A stretch of DNA of 64,000 nucleotides from Trueperaceae bacterium (GTDB lineage: Bacteria > Deinococcota > Deinococci > Deinococcales > Trueperaceae): the NCBI GenBank assembly GCA_965214405.1, contig OZ243956.1:3808001-3872000 (forward strand), in the 5' to 3' direction. Below are positions 1-9,223 of the stretch, piece after piece. The notes under the pieces are model-generated. The model was given only the letters and a program-made list of their open reading frames with translations. It ran no database searches and was not told the origin of the DNA. A program made the position numbers and the translations under genes. Position 1 is the first letter of the stretch; each line of letters opens with the position of its first letter.

Positions 1-1160
1 AGGGTGAGGTCGTAAGGGCTGAGGGGGGTGACCGCCAAAAAGAGGCCGTACTCCCGCTCGAGCCAGGGCCGTAAGGTGACCAAAGCGCCGTACAGCAGCG
101 CGACGCCGAGGGCGCAGCCGGTTACCGTAAAGATAACGGCTTCGGCGGTAAGTAGAGCAAAAATCTGCCAGGGGCGCGCCCCTACCGAGCGCAAGATAGC
201 CATCTCCCGTCGGCGTTCGTTGAGGCTCGAGAGGATGGAACTGAGCATACCGACGAGCCCACTCAGCACGACGAAGCCCGACACGACCAGGAGCGCCCTT
301 TCGGCAGCGCCGAGCAAATTCCACAGCTCTTGTAAGGCGACCCCCGGCAGCACCGCCAACAGGGGTTCGCGCCGGTAGTCGTTGACGTCGCGCTGAAGCT
401 GAAAAATGCCCGTTTTTGACCTCACGCCCACCAAAAAGGCGGTGATCGCGCGCGGGGTCAGGTCTAGCTCGAGCGCGTCCGCCGCGGTAACTCGCTGGCT
501 CGGGATGGGCACGCCGCCGCTCCAGTCGATGTGCATCGCCTCGATGCCTTCTAGGCTCACATAAACCGAGCGGTCGACGGGGGTACCCGTTTTCGCCAGA
601 ACGCCCACCACCGTAAAGGGCTTGTCGCTGTGGTCGAGCAGGCTCACCTCGCCGGTGCCGTGGGCGATGACGATCTCCTCGCCGAGACGGTACTCGAGCG
701 TCTCGGCCACGTCCGCGCCGAGAACCGCGTCGTAAACACCGCCGAACGGCGCGCCCGCCGAGAAACGTAGGGGCCTTTCGCGGCCGTACCGGTAGTGCTC
801 GAAATAAGCCTCACTGGTACCCACGACGCGAAAGCCTTTGTGCGAGTCGCCGAGCGAGATGGGCACCGTCCAGGCGACGTTGGGGTGACGGGCGACCTGC
901 TGATAGCTCTCCCAGGTGAGGTTGTTGGTCGCGTTGCCGATATGAAACACGCTGTACAGCAAAAGCTGCATCCCGCCGCTACGCGCGCCCACGACCAAAT
1001 CGGTTCCCGAGATGGTGTTGGCGAAGCTTGCTTTCGCCTCAGTGCGCACCTTTTCGACGCCCAAGAGCAGCACCACGCTGATGGCGATGACCAGGACCGT
1101 GAGGAGCGTGGTGCCCTTGCGGTTGAACATGCTTTTCACGGTCAAGCTTAAGAGCTTCAC
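1..1160 (-). CDS. FtsX/MacB-type ABC transporter permease (ZrgC-like), runs off window start
   Basis: Not in the ORF track. Read manually from GTG at 1160 (overlapping the TGA of the upstream ATPase): MKLLSLTVKSMFNRKGTTLLTVLVIAISVVLLLGVEKVRTEAKASFANTISGTDLVVGARSG...LLLYSVFHIGNATNN, typical of permeases next to DUF2796 genes. Confidence 0.85.
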   Translation of the reverse strand, partial: MKLLSLTVKSMFNRKGTTLLTVLVIAISVVLLLGVEKVRTEAKASFANTISGTDLVVGARSGGMQLLLYSVFHIGNATNNLTWESYQQVARHPNVAWTVPISLGDSHKGFRVVGTSEAYFEHYRYGRERPLRFSAGAPFGGVYDAVLGADVAETLEYRLGEEIVIAHGTGEVSLLDHSDKPFTVVGVLAKTGTPVDRSVYVSLEGIEAMHIDWSGGVPIPSQRVTAADALELDLTPRAITAFLVGVRSKTGIFQLQRDVNDYRREPLLAVLPGVALQELWNLLGAAERALLVVSGFVVLSGLVGMLSSILSSLNERRREMAILRSVGARPWQIFALLTAEAVIFTVTGCALGVALLYGALVTLRPWLEREYGLFLAVTPLSPYDLT

Positions 1161-1903
1161 GTAACCTCAGGGGCGCGGTTTATGAGGTTCAAATCAATAC
1201 CGCGGTCAAAGAGGGGCTCGAGCCTTCCGTCGTGGCTCACGAAGAGCAGGGTCATCCGGGCGCGGTCGCATTCCTCGAAAAGGAGGCGGACGAAGCTCTC
1301 GCGGGTGTCGGCGTCGAGCGCCGAGGTCGGCTCGTCGGCGATCAGCAGGGGCGGGCTGCCGATGAGCGCACGGGCCGCCGCGACGCGCTGCTGCTGCCCG
1401 ATGCTCAATTCGGTGACTCGGCGCGTTTGTAACTGGGCGCCCAAACCCAAACGGTGCAAAAGCCGCCCCGCCTCCGCGGTGGCCGCTCCCTGGGCGCTCA
1501 CTTTTTGCGCGCGCCGCCGCGAAAATGTAAGGGGCAGCGTCACATTTTCTAACACTGACAAGTAGGGGATAAGGTTGAACATCTGAAAGATAAAGCCGAT
1601 ATAGTCAGCGCGTAGAGCGTCGCGTTTAACCCCCGATAGGCTGGAGAGGTTCGTCCCGTTTAGCTGCACCTGCCCCCTTTCGGGCGTGATCACACCCGCC
1701 ATCAGGTTGAGGAGCGTGCTCTTGCCGCTACCGCTCGGCCCTTTGATAAATACCTTTTCGCCGTGGCGTATCTCGAGCCGTTCGATATCAAGAACCGCCG
1801 GGGCCTCGGGCCTCCAGCGGAAACGCACCCCCTCGAGCCGCGCCAGCGTGGCGGCTCGAGGGGGTGCTTCAGACGAGCTTGAGGTTGCGGCGGCCTCGAA
1901 CAC
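1157..1903 (-). CDS. ABC transporter ATP-binding protein (ZrgB/LolD-like)
   Basis: Walker A GPSGSGKS, Q-loop GFIFQMFNL, signature LSIGQQQRV, Walker B LIADEPT, H-loop VSHD. Confidence 0.93.
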   Translation of the reverse strand: MFEAAATSSSSEAPPRAATLARLEGVRFRWRPEAPAVLDIERLEIRHGEKVFIKGPSGSGKSTLLNLMAGVITPERGQVQLNGTNLSSLSGVKRDALRADYIGFIFQMFNLIPYLSVLENVTLPLTFSRRRAQKVSAQGAATAEAGRLLHRLGLGAQLQTRRVTELSIGQQQRVAAARALIGSPPLLIADEPTSALDADTRESFVRLLFEECDRARMTLLFVSHDGRLEPLFDRGIDLNLINRAPEVT

Positions 1904-1920
1904 TTCGGTCGTTTATGCGC

Positions 1921-2550
1921 TCAAAAGGTAAGCTGCGCGTCGGTGGTCGGGCTGAGCTCCGCCGCGCCCTGTCCGCCAGGAAGGACATACTGCACGTCTA
2001 GGTCCTCGATGCCCGGGTACAACGCGAACAGCTCGCGCACGCTGATGCCACTCAACCTGTCAGGCTGGGCACAGGTAAACTCGTACGTGGCGTGAAACTC
2101 GCTATGCACTGCGCCTTCCTCGTGGTCTTCATGGTCTTCGTGGTCCTCGCCCTCGGCACCGGTCTCTTCGGCGTCGCCGGTCTCCTCAGCGCCGCCGGTC
2201 TCCTCGATTCCCTCGGCGTGCCCCTCCTCGTCGGTCACCTCCCGCTCGGCCTCGGCGCTCATGAGCTCGCACCGCGCGGCCTCCGCGGGGGCGAACAGCG
2301 CGGCGCCGTCTCGGAGCTGCGTGAGGGCGTCCTCGACCGCCCGGACCTCCTCATCGGTGCTCGGCTCGTACTCGAACCCGACTAAGTTGACCGCGGGGCT
2401 GACGAACTCCATGCTCAGGCTTTCGCCCTCCAACACGACGTTGAGAAGCGCCGCGCCGTGTTCGTGGGGCTCCTCCTGGACGAAGCCCTCTTGCGCGAGC
2501 GCGGACGCAACGCAGAACAGTACACCCATGCCTATAAGAATCCGTTTCAT
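1921..2550 (-). CDS. zrgA: DUF2796 family zinc-binding periplasmic protein (ZrgA-like)
   Basis: Signal peptide, HEHG motif, SPAVNLVGFE, His/Glu-rich linker, HSEFHATYEFTC. ATG at 2550 has a GGAGG RBS. Confidence 0.8.
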   Translation of the reverse strand: MKRILIGMGVLFCVASALAQEGFVQEEPHEHGAALLNVVLEGESLSMEFVSPAVNLVGFEYEPSTDEEVRAVEDALTQLRDGAALFAPAEAARCELMSAEAEREVTDEEGHAEGIEETGGAEETGDAEETGAEGEDHEDHEDHEEGAVHSEFHATYEFTCAQPDRLSGISVRELFALYPGIEDLDVQYVLPGGQGAAELSPTTDAQLTF

Positions 2551-2613
2551 CTCTGCCTCCTCGGCTTCACCTACTGCCAAACATAAAACATACTAGCAGG
2601 AATCCTGCTGCTA

Positions 2614-2631
2614 ATGATAATACATTATCAT
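2614..2631. promoter_or_regulatory. Fur/Zur-family operator-like palindrome
   Basis: Perfect ATGATAAT-AC-ATTATCAT inverted repeat ~65 nt upstream of the zinc-uptake operon. Confidence 0.65.
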
Positions 2632-2742
2632 CTTCAGGTCTTGGTCAGGGATAAAGCGCTCATTGTGACAAAGGTCCGGACAGAGTTGGGGTGCGGGCGT
2701 GCCGGGGTGCCTTACGCGCTAGGAATCGGCCCTACTCATGAT

Positions 2743-3668
2743 CTAGGGTCTGTCTGACTAATCAAAGCCAGAGGATGATGGAGGCGAGGAGCACACCAGC
2801 ACGGTAGTTTCTGCCGCGTTTGTCGTAGCGGGTGGCAACGGCGCGAAAGTCTTTAAGTCGGTTGATGCAGCGTTCGACCACGTTACGTCCTTTGTAGGCT
2901 TGCTTATCGAAAGCAGGAGGTCGTCCACCTTTTGTGCCCTTAGACAAGCGAGACTTCTTGGCATCTTCGCGCTCGGGGCTGATACAGATGATGCCCCTGC
3001 GCCTTAGTATCTTCCGCTGCTTGTTGAAACCATAAGCGCGGTCGAGTCTAAGCTGAGGGGGGCGCTTACGCGGTCGCCCTCTGCCAAGGCGGGGCACATA
3101 AATCTCGTCCAAGACCGGCTCTAGCCAAGCGGCGTCGTTGCGCTGTCCCGCCGTGATGACCACGGACAGGGGTCGCACTTTGCCGTCCGCGCAGGTATGC
3201 ACCTTGCTGGTGTGGCCTCCGCGTGAGTGTCCCAGCCACTCGTCTGCTAAGGTCCCCTTTTTTCACCCTCAGCAGGCCGCTTCCTCGCCCCGCTGGCGCT
3301 GCGGTGCGCTTTAATATGAGAGCTGTCTAACGCTGCGCCGTCCCAATCAATCTCACCCGCCGCATCGGCGTGAGCTTGAAGCCTGTGCAGGATGCGCTTC
3401 CAGACACCGTTGCGCTCCCACCTCGTGAAGCGGTCCCAGCAGGTCTGCCAAGGTCCGTAGCGTTCAGGAACGTCGCGCCAGGGAGCGCCTGTTTTCAAGC
3501 GCCACGAAATGCCGTTGATGACCTGTCGGTGGTTGCGGTAGTTGTGACCCCGTTGGGGATTGGGGGGTAGATGCGGTTTTAGTGCTTGCCACTGCTGCTC
3601 TTTTAGGTCTGTTCGTGCCATACGCCTACCCTAAACCATCTTCATCCCTTCTGTCAGACAGACCCTAG
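2743..3668 (-). mobile_element. IS5-family (IS427-like) insertion sequence, copy 1
   Basis: Ends CTAG-GGTCTGTCTGAC ... GTCAGACAGACC-CTAG; 926 bp including the flanking CTAG; split transposase inside. Confidence 0.95.
2762..3621 (-). CDS. IS5-family transposase, orfA (3247-3621) plus orfB (-1 frame) joined at an A6G4 run
   Basis: orfA has the DUF4096-like W..LP..YGPWQT motif and LDSS. orfB has [17 protein letters not shown] and [23 protein letters not shown]. Confidence 0.9.
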
Positions 3669-3827
3669 CTCATCATGTTTATGGGACCAGCGGCTGGCGC
3701 GCAACGTAGTCTGTCCCTTGACCTCAACGATTGACTCTGCCTCACGTACGGTTGTGTAGCGGTAGAGGAGGCACCTTCTGGCCGTGACAACCCAGACAGA
3801 GCCGCGCCGCCGTTGTACACTGCAACC

Positions 3828-4508
3828 GTGCATAAGCACCTGATCGTGATGGGGTTCTTGTTTGGGTGCGCCCTCCAAGGGGCGCACGCTCACGGCTCCA
3901 GCCTCAGCGACTTTCAAGGCCTGCCCCTTTGTGTTGACGCGTCCTCCGTCACGGTCGCCATCGAAGACGCCGAGCTACCTGGCGGTTACGAGCCCACCAT
4001 CGAAAAGCGCTTGGCAGCGGCGCTCATTGCGACCCTCGAGCACCACAAAATACCCTACCGAAGCCTCGCCTCGTGCTCCGGCGAGCAGGCTTACGTGACG
4101 ACACGCTTTGAGGCCTCTCTGGACCCCAGCCAGGACCCCGCGGACGAAGCCGAACCCTACCTGGCGTACGCCGCTCTGACACGGGTTAAACCGTACGAAC
4201 CGGAAGAAGCGGAAGTGGCGGACGCGCCTCTTTTTGAGCTGGCCGACAGTTGGGCTTACCGCACCTCAGACTTGAGCGGTCCCTACTACGAAGTCTTGCC
4301 CAAAATCAACGAGGCGATGTTTGTCGATCTTGCCAGCGCCTGGTGGAACGATTATGCCTATGAAAGAGAGCGCCAAGTGGACGCCGAGCGCCGCCTTTTG
4401 GTTCGTCTGGCGCTGCTGAGCGTGACGTTTAGCGGCCTACTCGTCACGGGCGCTTTCCGCGTGCGCGGGCGCAGCGGCTACCGGAGAGCGCGGCGTGAGG
4501 CGTTATGA
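3828..4508 (+). CDS. Unknown exported protein with C-terminal membrane anchor (paralogue of 7265-7957)
   Basis: TACACT 6 nt before GTG 3828; signal peptide ending AHA|HG; C-terminal hydrophobic helix followed by an Arg-rich tail. Confidence 0.7.
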   Translation: MHKHLIVMGFLFGCALQGAHAHGSSLSDFQGLPLCVDASSVTVAIEDAELPGGYEPTIEKRLAAALIATLEHHKIPYRSLASCSGEQAYVTTRFEASLDPSQDPADEAEPYLAYAALTRVKPYEPEEAEVADAPLFELADSWAYRTSDLSGPYYEVLPKINEAMFVDLASAWWNDYAYERERQVDAERRLLVRLALLSVTFSGLLVTGAFRVRGRSGYRRARREAL

Positions 4509-4598
4509 AGCGGCTGTCGGGGGAGGTTGCGGACAGGGATTCTGTTGGTTTTTTATTTGCTCAAGGTGCTTTCGCTTGATTCCTGATAAGCTTGCCCG

Positions 4599-5837
4599 GT
4601 GAAAGCTCACGTTACTTCGCGTGGATTAAGAAGGCGTCTTGCGACGCTTGCGGCTATCTTGGGCGACCCACCATATTTGGGTAAAGCGATGGTCTGTTCT
4701 GGGGATGTTTGCGAGGGCTCGACTCGCAAACTTGCGAGGCCGAGGGTGCTACTCGGTTTGCTCCTATGCGCGCTCTTGCCCGCCCCTTTGGGCCAAGTGT
4801 GGGGCCAGGCTCCGCCACAAGACGTGGGCTACGCCGAAGGCCGCATCACCCAGATCGAGGGTCAGACCGCCTTTGTGACGTTGCGCGACGGTAGCGCGGT
4901 CGAGGCCGACTTGGGTGCGCCCCTGCCCGAGGAGTTTGGGAACGAAGCGCTGCCGAGCTTTAAGGTGGGGCAGCAGGTCGAGCTGTACTATTCCCCGGCG
5001 CCCGGCACAAACGCGCGACAGTACGCCGTTTCCGACTGGGTGCGGCGGCCCGCCCTGGTCTGGCTGACCGCGCTTTTTCTTGTCGTCTCGGTCGGGGTCG
5101 CCCGGTTCAAGGGGCTGAGGGCTTTTGTTGCGACCGGCTCGAGCCTGGTCATCGTCATGCTGTTTATCGTGCCAAAAATCCTGGCGGGCTGGAACCCGAT
5201 CCTGGTGTCGCTGCTGGGCGTCGGGGGCATCTTGATTCTGGCTATCTACTTTGTTCACGGCCTCTCCTGGAGCACCACCGCCGCGCTCCTGGGCACCGTT
5301 GTGGCGGTGATCGTCACCATGCTGCTGGGGATCGCCTTTACCGAGTGGGCGCACCTGACCGGCTTCGGCTCGGAAGAGGCGATGATGATTGGCTTTGGCG
5401 CGGGTCAGGTGAACCTCAAGGGCTTGCTTCTGGCGGGGCTCCTTATCGGCGCGCTCGGCGCGCTCACCGACATCACCATCGTGCAGGCGAGCGTGGTTCG
5501 GGAGCTGGCGCACGTCAACCCGAGCTTTGGGCTGGGCGAGCTTTATAAACGTGGCATGAATGTCGGCCTCGACCACATCGGCTCGCTCGTCAACACGCTC
5601 GTCTTGGCCTATACGGGCGCGGCGCTGCCGCTCTTTTTGCTGCTCAGCCTCAACGACTTTTCGGTGGCGCGGGCGCTCAACTTAGAACTCGTCGCCTCGG
5701 AGGTGGTTCACACGCTGGTCGGCTCTATCGGGCTCGTGCTGGCGGTGCCCTTTACCACCCTCGTCGCCGCGCTGCTCTTTCGCGGCGACAAGCGGCCCCT
5801 TGCGGAAGGGGAACTCGAGCACGTGCACCACCATTAG
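4599..5837 (+). CDS. YibE/F family membrane protein
   Basis: IGALGALTDITIVQAS, GMNVGLDHIGSLVNTLVLAYTG and SIGLVLAVPFT are characteristic YibE/F motifs; ends HVHHH. Start is uncertain. Confidence 0.88.
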   Translation: MKAHVTSRGLRRRLATLAAILGDPPYLGKAMVCSGDVCEGSTRKLARPRVLLGLLLCALLPAPLGQVWGQAPPQDVGYAEGRITQIEGQTAFVTLRDGSAVEADLGAPLPEEFGNEALPSFKVGQQVELYYSPAPGTNARQYAVSDWVRRPALVWLTALFLVVSVGVARFKGLRAFVATGSSLVIVMLFIVPKILAGWNPILVSLLGVGGILILAIYFVHGLSWSTTAALLGTVVAVIVTMLLGIAFTEWAHLTGFGSEEAMMIGFGAGQVNLKGLLLAGLLIGALGALTDITIVQASVVRELAHVNPSFGLGELYKRGMNVGLDHIGSLVNTLVLAYTGAALPLFLLLSLNDFSVARALNLELVASEVVHTLVGSIGLVLAVPFTTLVAALLFRGDKRPLAEGELEHVHHH

Positions 5838-5967
5838 CTCGAGCTTATAGCGCGCGGTTTCTGAGGAAGCGCGGCTGTGGTAACTGCGTAGGGCGGACAA
5901 GACAGAGAAAGATGAAGACGCTGCCTAATTCAAGCTCCTTACAACCATATACAAATTGCTGTACCCT

Positions 5968-6519
5968 TCACGCTTCCGCCTCCGCCGGAGGGCTCCGCAG
6001 CACGAGCACGGTCACGACGACGGCGGCCAGGAGGGGAACGCCGATGAGCCAGTAGAGCCAGGTGCTGACGCTCGATTGAGTCGCGGTGGGCGGAAAAATC
6101 ACGGTGAGCGCGTCCGTGGGGGTCGGGCTGCCCACGTTGATGAGGGTACTCTGGCGGCCCTCCTCCTGCCGAAACGTCTGGTCTCGCAAGAGGAGCGTGT
6201 ACGCGCCGGGCTGAGGCAGCGTCAGCGTCGCTTCATAAACGCCCGCGTCGCCGGTTTCTGCTAAGTCCGCGCTCGCTACAGGCTCGTCGGTTTCGCTCGA
6301 GCCCTGAGGCCGAAACTCCGCCAGCATGAACGCGTCCTCGACGGGGAGTTGGGTTTGGTCCACAAGCTCGAGCCTCAGCAAGAAGGGCTCACCCGGCTGG
6401 GGAACTTCTGGGACGGTCGAAATCGTGCCAAAAACGACGGTCGCGTGCGCGAGAACCACGCCCATTACGAGAAGTGCGAACGTCAAAAGAATAGCTTGCA
6501 GGTGTCTGAAATTAACCAT
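5968..6519 (-). CDS. YtkA/FixH-like Ig-fold exported protein with C-terminal TM anchor
   Basis: Signal peptide VLA|HA; E..GVYEATLTLPQPGAYTL (YtkA-like); C-terminal hydrophobic helix. Confidence 0.6.
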   Translation of the reverse strand: MVNFRHLQAILLTFALLVMGVVLAHATVVFGTISTVPEVPQPGEPFLLRLELVDQTQLPVEDAFMLAEFRPQGSSETDEPVASADLAETGDAGVYEATLTLPQPGAYTLLLRDQTFRQEEGRQSTLINVGSPTPTDALTVIFPPTATQSSVSTWLYWLIGVPLLAAVVVTVLVLRSPPAEAEA

Positions 6520-6536
6520 GTTTCGTCCCGTTCGTC

Positions 6537-7217
6537 TCACTGCTCTTTCCATAGCCACTCCCGCAGCGTAAGACCACTCTTTCCAATTTCAGCAGCGACC
6601 TCGCGGCCTATATAGCGGTAGTGCCAGGGCTCGTAAATGTAGCAGGTCACGCTCTCTTTGCCCTTGGGGTAACTCATGACGAAGCCGTAGCGAGGGGCGT
6701 TCGCGGCCAGCCACGCGCCCGCGGGCGTCTCAGCCCAGTCGTCATAGTCCCAGGGGGCTTTGTCGCCCACACCGCGAAAGTCGGCGGCGGTGCCCAGTTG
6801 GTGTTCGGAGTGACCCGGTCTGGCCGAACTCCGCCGCGCGGCCTCGAGCCCCTGCTGCCCCACCCAATAGTCAAAAGTCTTCTCTTGATACGCGTAACTG
6901 CGGTAGGCGGACTGAAGCTCCAAGGGATGACCCGCCGCCGCCGCGTCTTTTAGAAGCTGGGCCAAATCGTTTATCAGCAGCGCGCGCAGCGTCTGGTCGG
7001 AGTCCAATCCAGCCTCCTTCACCGACACGAGGTCATCCGGCGCATAACTCTCCGGCAGCTTGTAAATTGTGTCGAGCAGCGTGCGCTGCCAGTCGCCAAT
7101 CTCCCCGTGCGCCGTGGGGAGGTCGTCGTAGCGGCAGGCAGGCAGAGGAGTTTGGGCGCGGCTTTGGGTGTGGGTCATGATAAAGAGGACAAAAAGGAGA
7201 CTCAGAAAACGGCTCAC
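6537..7217 (-). CDS. M15B D-alanyl-D-alanine carboxypeptidase (VanY/LdcB-like)
   Basis: SAYRSY, SARPGHSEHQLG.A.D and YEPWHYRY zinc-peptidase motifs; signal peptide. Confidence 0.92.
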   Translation of the reverse strand: MSRFLSLLFVLFIMTHTQSRAQTPLPACRYDDLPTAHGEIGDWQRTLLDTIYKLPESYAPDDLVSVKEAGLDSDQTLRALLINDLAQLLKDAAAAGHPLELQSAYRSYAYQEKTFDYWVGQQGLEAARRSSARPGHSEHQLGTAADFRGVGDKAPWDYDDWAETPAGAWLAANAPRYGFVMSYPKGKESVTCYIYEPWHYRYIGREVAAEIGKSGLTLREWLWKEQ

Positions 7218-7264
7218 GAAGAAAAATCATACCAAGCTTCGTGAGGAGGTCGGTATGATGAGGC

Positions 7265-7957
7265 GTGACATTTGATGCTCGAGCATACGGCTTGTGCGCT
7301 CTTCTGCTGGGTTGCTTGCTAAACACTGCGCTCGCCCACGGTGACTTTCCCATCCACTTAGCCGGGCAGACGCTCTGCCTGGCCCCCACCTCCGTCATAT
7401 TCGACTTTGAGGAGATGGACGCCGCGCGGCAGGCGGCGGCGCGTGATGGATTGGTGCAAACTTTGCGGGCGGACCTGACCAACGTTCTCGCCACGGCGAA
7501 TGTGAACCTAGAAGAGCAGACGTCTTGCGCTGACGACGACGCGTTTGTTCTGCTCACGGTTGGGGTGCGTTATTTGGACCCGCGCACCTACATCGGCTTT
7601 GGTGGAGACGCCTATTCTTATGACCTTTCGCTCCAGGTGGGGGCTTTAGACGAAGACGCTTTGGCAGCGGGACCGGGAGATATGCCGGTCCCGCTCCAAA
7701 ACCTCCGCTTCGCCGCCTCGGCGGGTGACATCCATTCTGAGGGAGAAACGGGCGCGCCCTTTGAGGAGGCGGTGGAGGCCCAAGCGGCCCCTCTCATCGG
7801 CACCCTGGCCGCGGCTTGGTGGGAGGACAACCCGCCCGGAGCGTGGCGCAGACTTCTCCCGCCGCTCTTGGGCGTCACCCTGGGCGCGCTCACCGTTGCC
7901 GCTGTTCTCGCGGTCGCCAAACGCCGCGGCAGGCGACGCTTCAGCGCCTCGCGTTAA
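7265..7957 (+). CDS. Unknown exported protein with C-terminal membrane anchor (paralogue of 3828-4508)
   Basis: TATGAT 5 nt before GTG; signal peptide ALA|HG; LAAAWWED motif; TM helix followed by a KRRGRRR tail. Confidence 0.7.
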   Translation: MTFDARAYGLCALLLGCLLNTALAHGDFPIHLAGQTLCLAPTSVIFDFEEMDAARQAAARDGLVQTLRADLTNVLATANVNLEEQTSCADDDAFVLLTVGVRYLDPRTYIGFGGDAYSYDLSLQVGALDEDALAAGPGDMPVPLQNLRFAASAGDIHSEGETGAPFEEAVEAQAAPLIGTLAAAWWEDNPPGAWRRLLPPLLGVTLGALTVAAVLAVAKRRGRRRFSASR

Positions 7958-7980
7958 AGCTAGCCTGACAAGCCCGCCCC

Positions 7981-8829
7981 TCAGTGAGGCATCGGACTCG
8001 TTGTGAGCAGCCCGGTCACGCCAAGCACAACGGCTAAGAGGAGGGCCTCGAGCCCCAGCGCCCGCCGAAAAGGAAAGGTGCGGGGTGTCTCCTTTGTTGA
8101 AGGCGAGGCGGTGAGAGAGGGCAAAAAGACAAAACGGTTGACCGCGGCGAGGCCCAGAATAACGAGCACCAGCGCCACCTTGAGGAGCAACACACGCCCG
8201 TAGAGGGTGGTCACGAGCGAGGCGAGGGTGGGGATGTGGAGCAGGCTCGAGTAGACGCCGCTGGCAAAAAGGAGCCCCACGCCAAAGAGCCCGGTCAGGG
8301 ACACGCGGCGCATCACCCCGGCGAGTTCCGCGCGGGACCAGAGGGGCAAAAATGCGGTGTAGAAAACCGCGCCCACCCAGGCCGTCGCCGCCGCGAGGTG
8401 CGCCAAGTCGGCGATGAGGGGCAGGGAGCCGCCCATCGCGGCGTTGTGGCTTATCCAGCTAAAGGTCGCCAAAAAGCCCACGCCGCCCAAGACAAAGGCT
8501 GTGTTCGTAACTCTACCGGGTTTCCCACTCCATGCGAGGAGCGTGAGCGCGACCACCAGGCCGAGCCGGATGAGCGTGGCTAGGCCGTGGTGGGTCGAGC
8601 GCACGTACTCCCAAAAGAAGGCGCTGTCGAAAAATCCTAGAACATTCTCGAGCGTGACTATGATATTGAGTACGCTCCCAACCGCGACGATGAGCGCGCC
8701 AAGCAGCGCGCCGAGCCGGAGGGGCCGCCCTACGCCTTGAAGCCCCGGCCCGATAAACCGCCCAAAGAATCCCGCCCCCAAAAAGAGAACGGTACCCAGG
8801 TAGAGCGACCCCTTGACGAGCGCGTCCAC
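7981..8829 (-). CDS. copD: Copper resistance/uptake membrane protein CopD
   Basis: Multi-TM protein with SH.A, H..AA..WVG, SG...S, YGRVLLLKVALV and N....P motifs; adjacent to copC. Confidence 0.88.
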   Translation of the reverse strand: MDALVKGSLYLGTVLFLGAGFFGRFIGPGLQGVGRPLRLGALLGALIVAVGSVLNIIVTLENVLGFFDSAFFWEYVRSTHHGLATLIRLGLVVALTLLAWSGKPGRVTNTAFVLGGVGFLATFSWISHNAAMGGSLPLIADLAHLAAATAWVGAVFYTAFLPLWSRAELAGVMRRVSLTGLFGVGLLFASGVYSSLLHIPTLASLVTTLYGRVLLLKVALVLVILGLAAVNRFVFLPSLTASPSTKETPRTFPFRRALGLEALLLAVVLGVTGLLTTSPMPH

Positions 8830-9219
8830 TTAGCCGCCGGGCACTGAGGCGGCGAGATGTTCACTCAGCTTCACGCCGTCGGGATAGGTGACGTCCACCG
8901 TGATAATCCAGTCGCCCGCCATGCCAAACGCGAACTGCGTCTCGTAGGTGCCGTCGCCCTGTTCCTCGGCTTCGGCCAGCACCGGGGCCATCCCGGCATG
9001 GGTCATGTCGCCCGTGACTTCGACCTGCGCGCCCTCTATAGGTGCGCCATCCATAAGCACCGTCACCCGCAGAGGCACCTCGCCCAGCGCGGGTTTGCCG
9101 ACGAACGCGGCGGAGACGGTGCGCCCTTCTGCGGCGCTATTTGTTGCGGCGTTCCCCGAGGGGGGGCGGCAGCTTATCAGCGTGAGGGGTAAAAGGACGA
9201 AAAGGAAAGCGTATTTCAC
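8830..9219 (-). CDS. YtkA/FixH-family lipoprotein
   Basis: Lipobox LISC; GAQVEVTGDMTHAGM and FGMAGDW motifs. Confidence 0.85.
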   Translation of the reverse strand: MKYAFLFVLLPLTLISCRPPSGNAATNSAAEGRTVSAAFVGKPALGEVPLRVTVLMDGAPIEGAQVEVTGDMTHAGMAPVLAEAEEQGDGTYETQFAFGMAGDWIITVDVTYPDGVKLSEHLAASVPGG

Positions 9220-9223
9220 GGGT

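Noticed and set aside
28..1151. Plus-strand ORFs 28-378 and 795-1151
   Set aside because: Antisense shadows of the ABC permease, which is missing from the track because it runs off the window.
3654..3917. Gene interrupted by IS5 copy 1
   Set aside because: The reconstructed empty site gives no convincing reading frame; the insertion appears intergenic.
6537..7217. VanY as vancomycin-resistance gene
   Set aside because: No vanHAX or vanRS nearby; M15B carboxypeptidases are common housekeeping enzymes.
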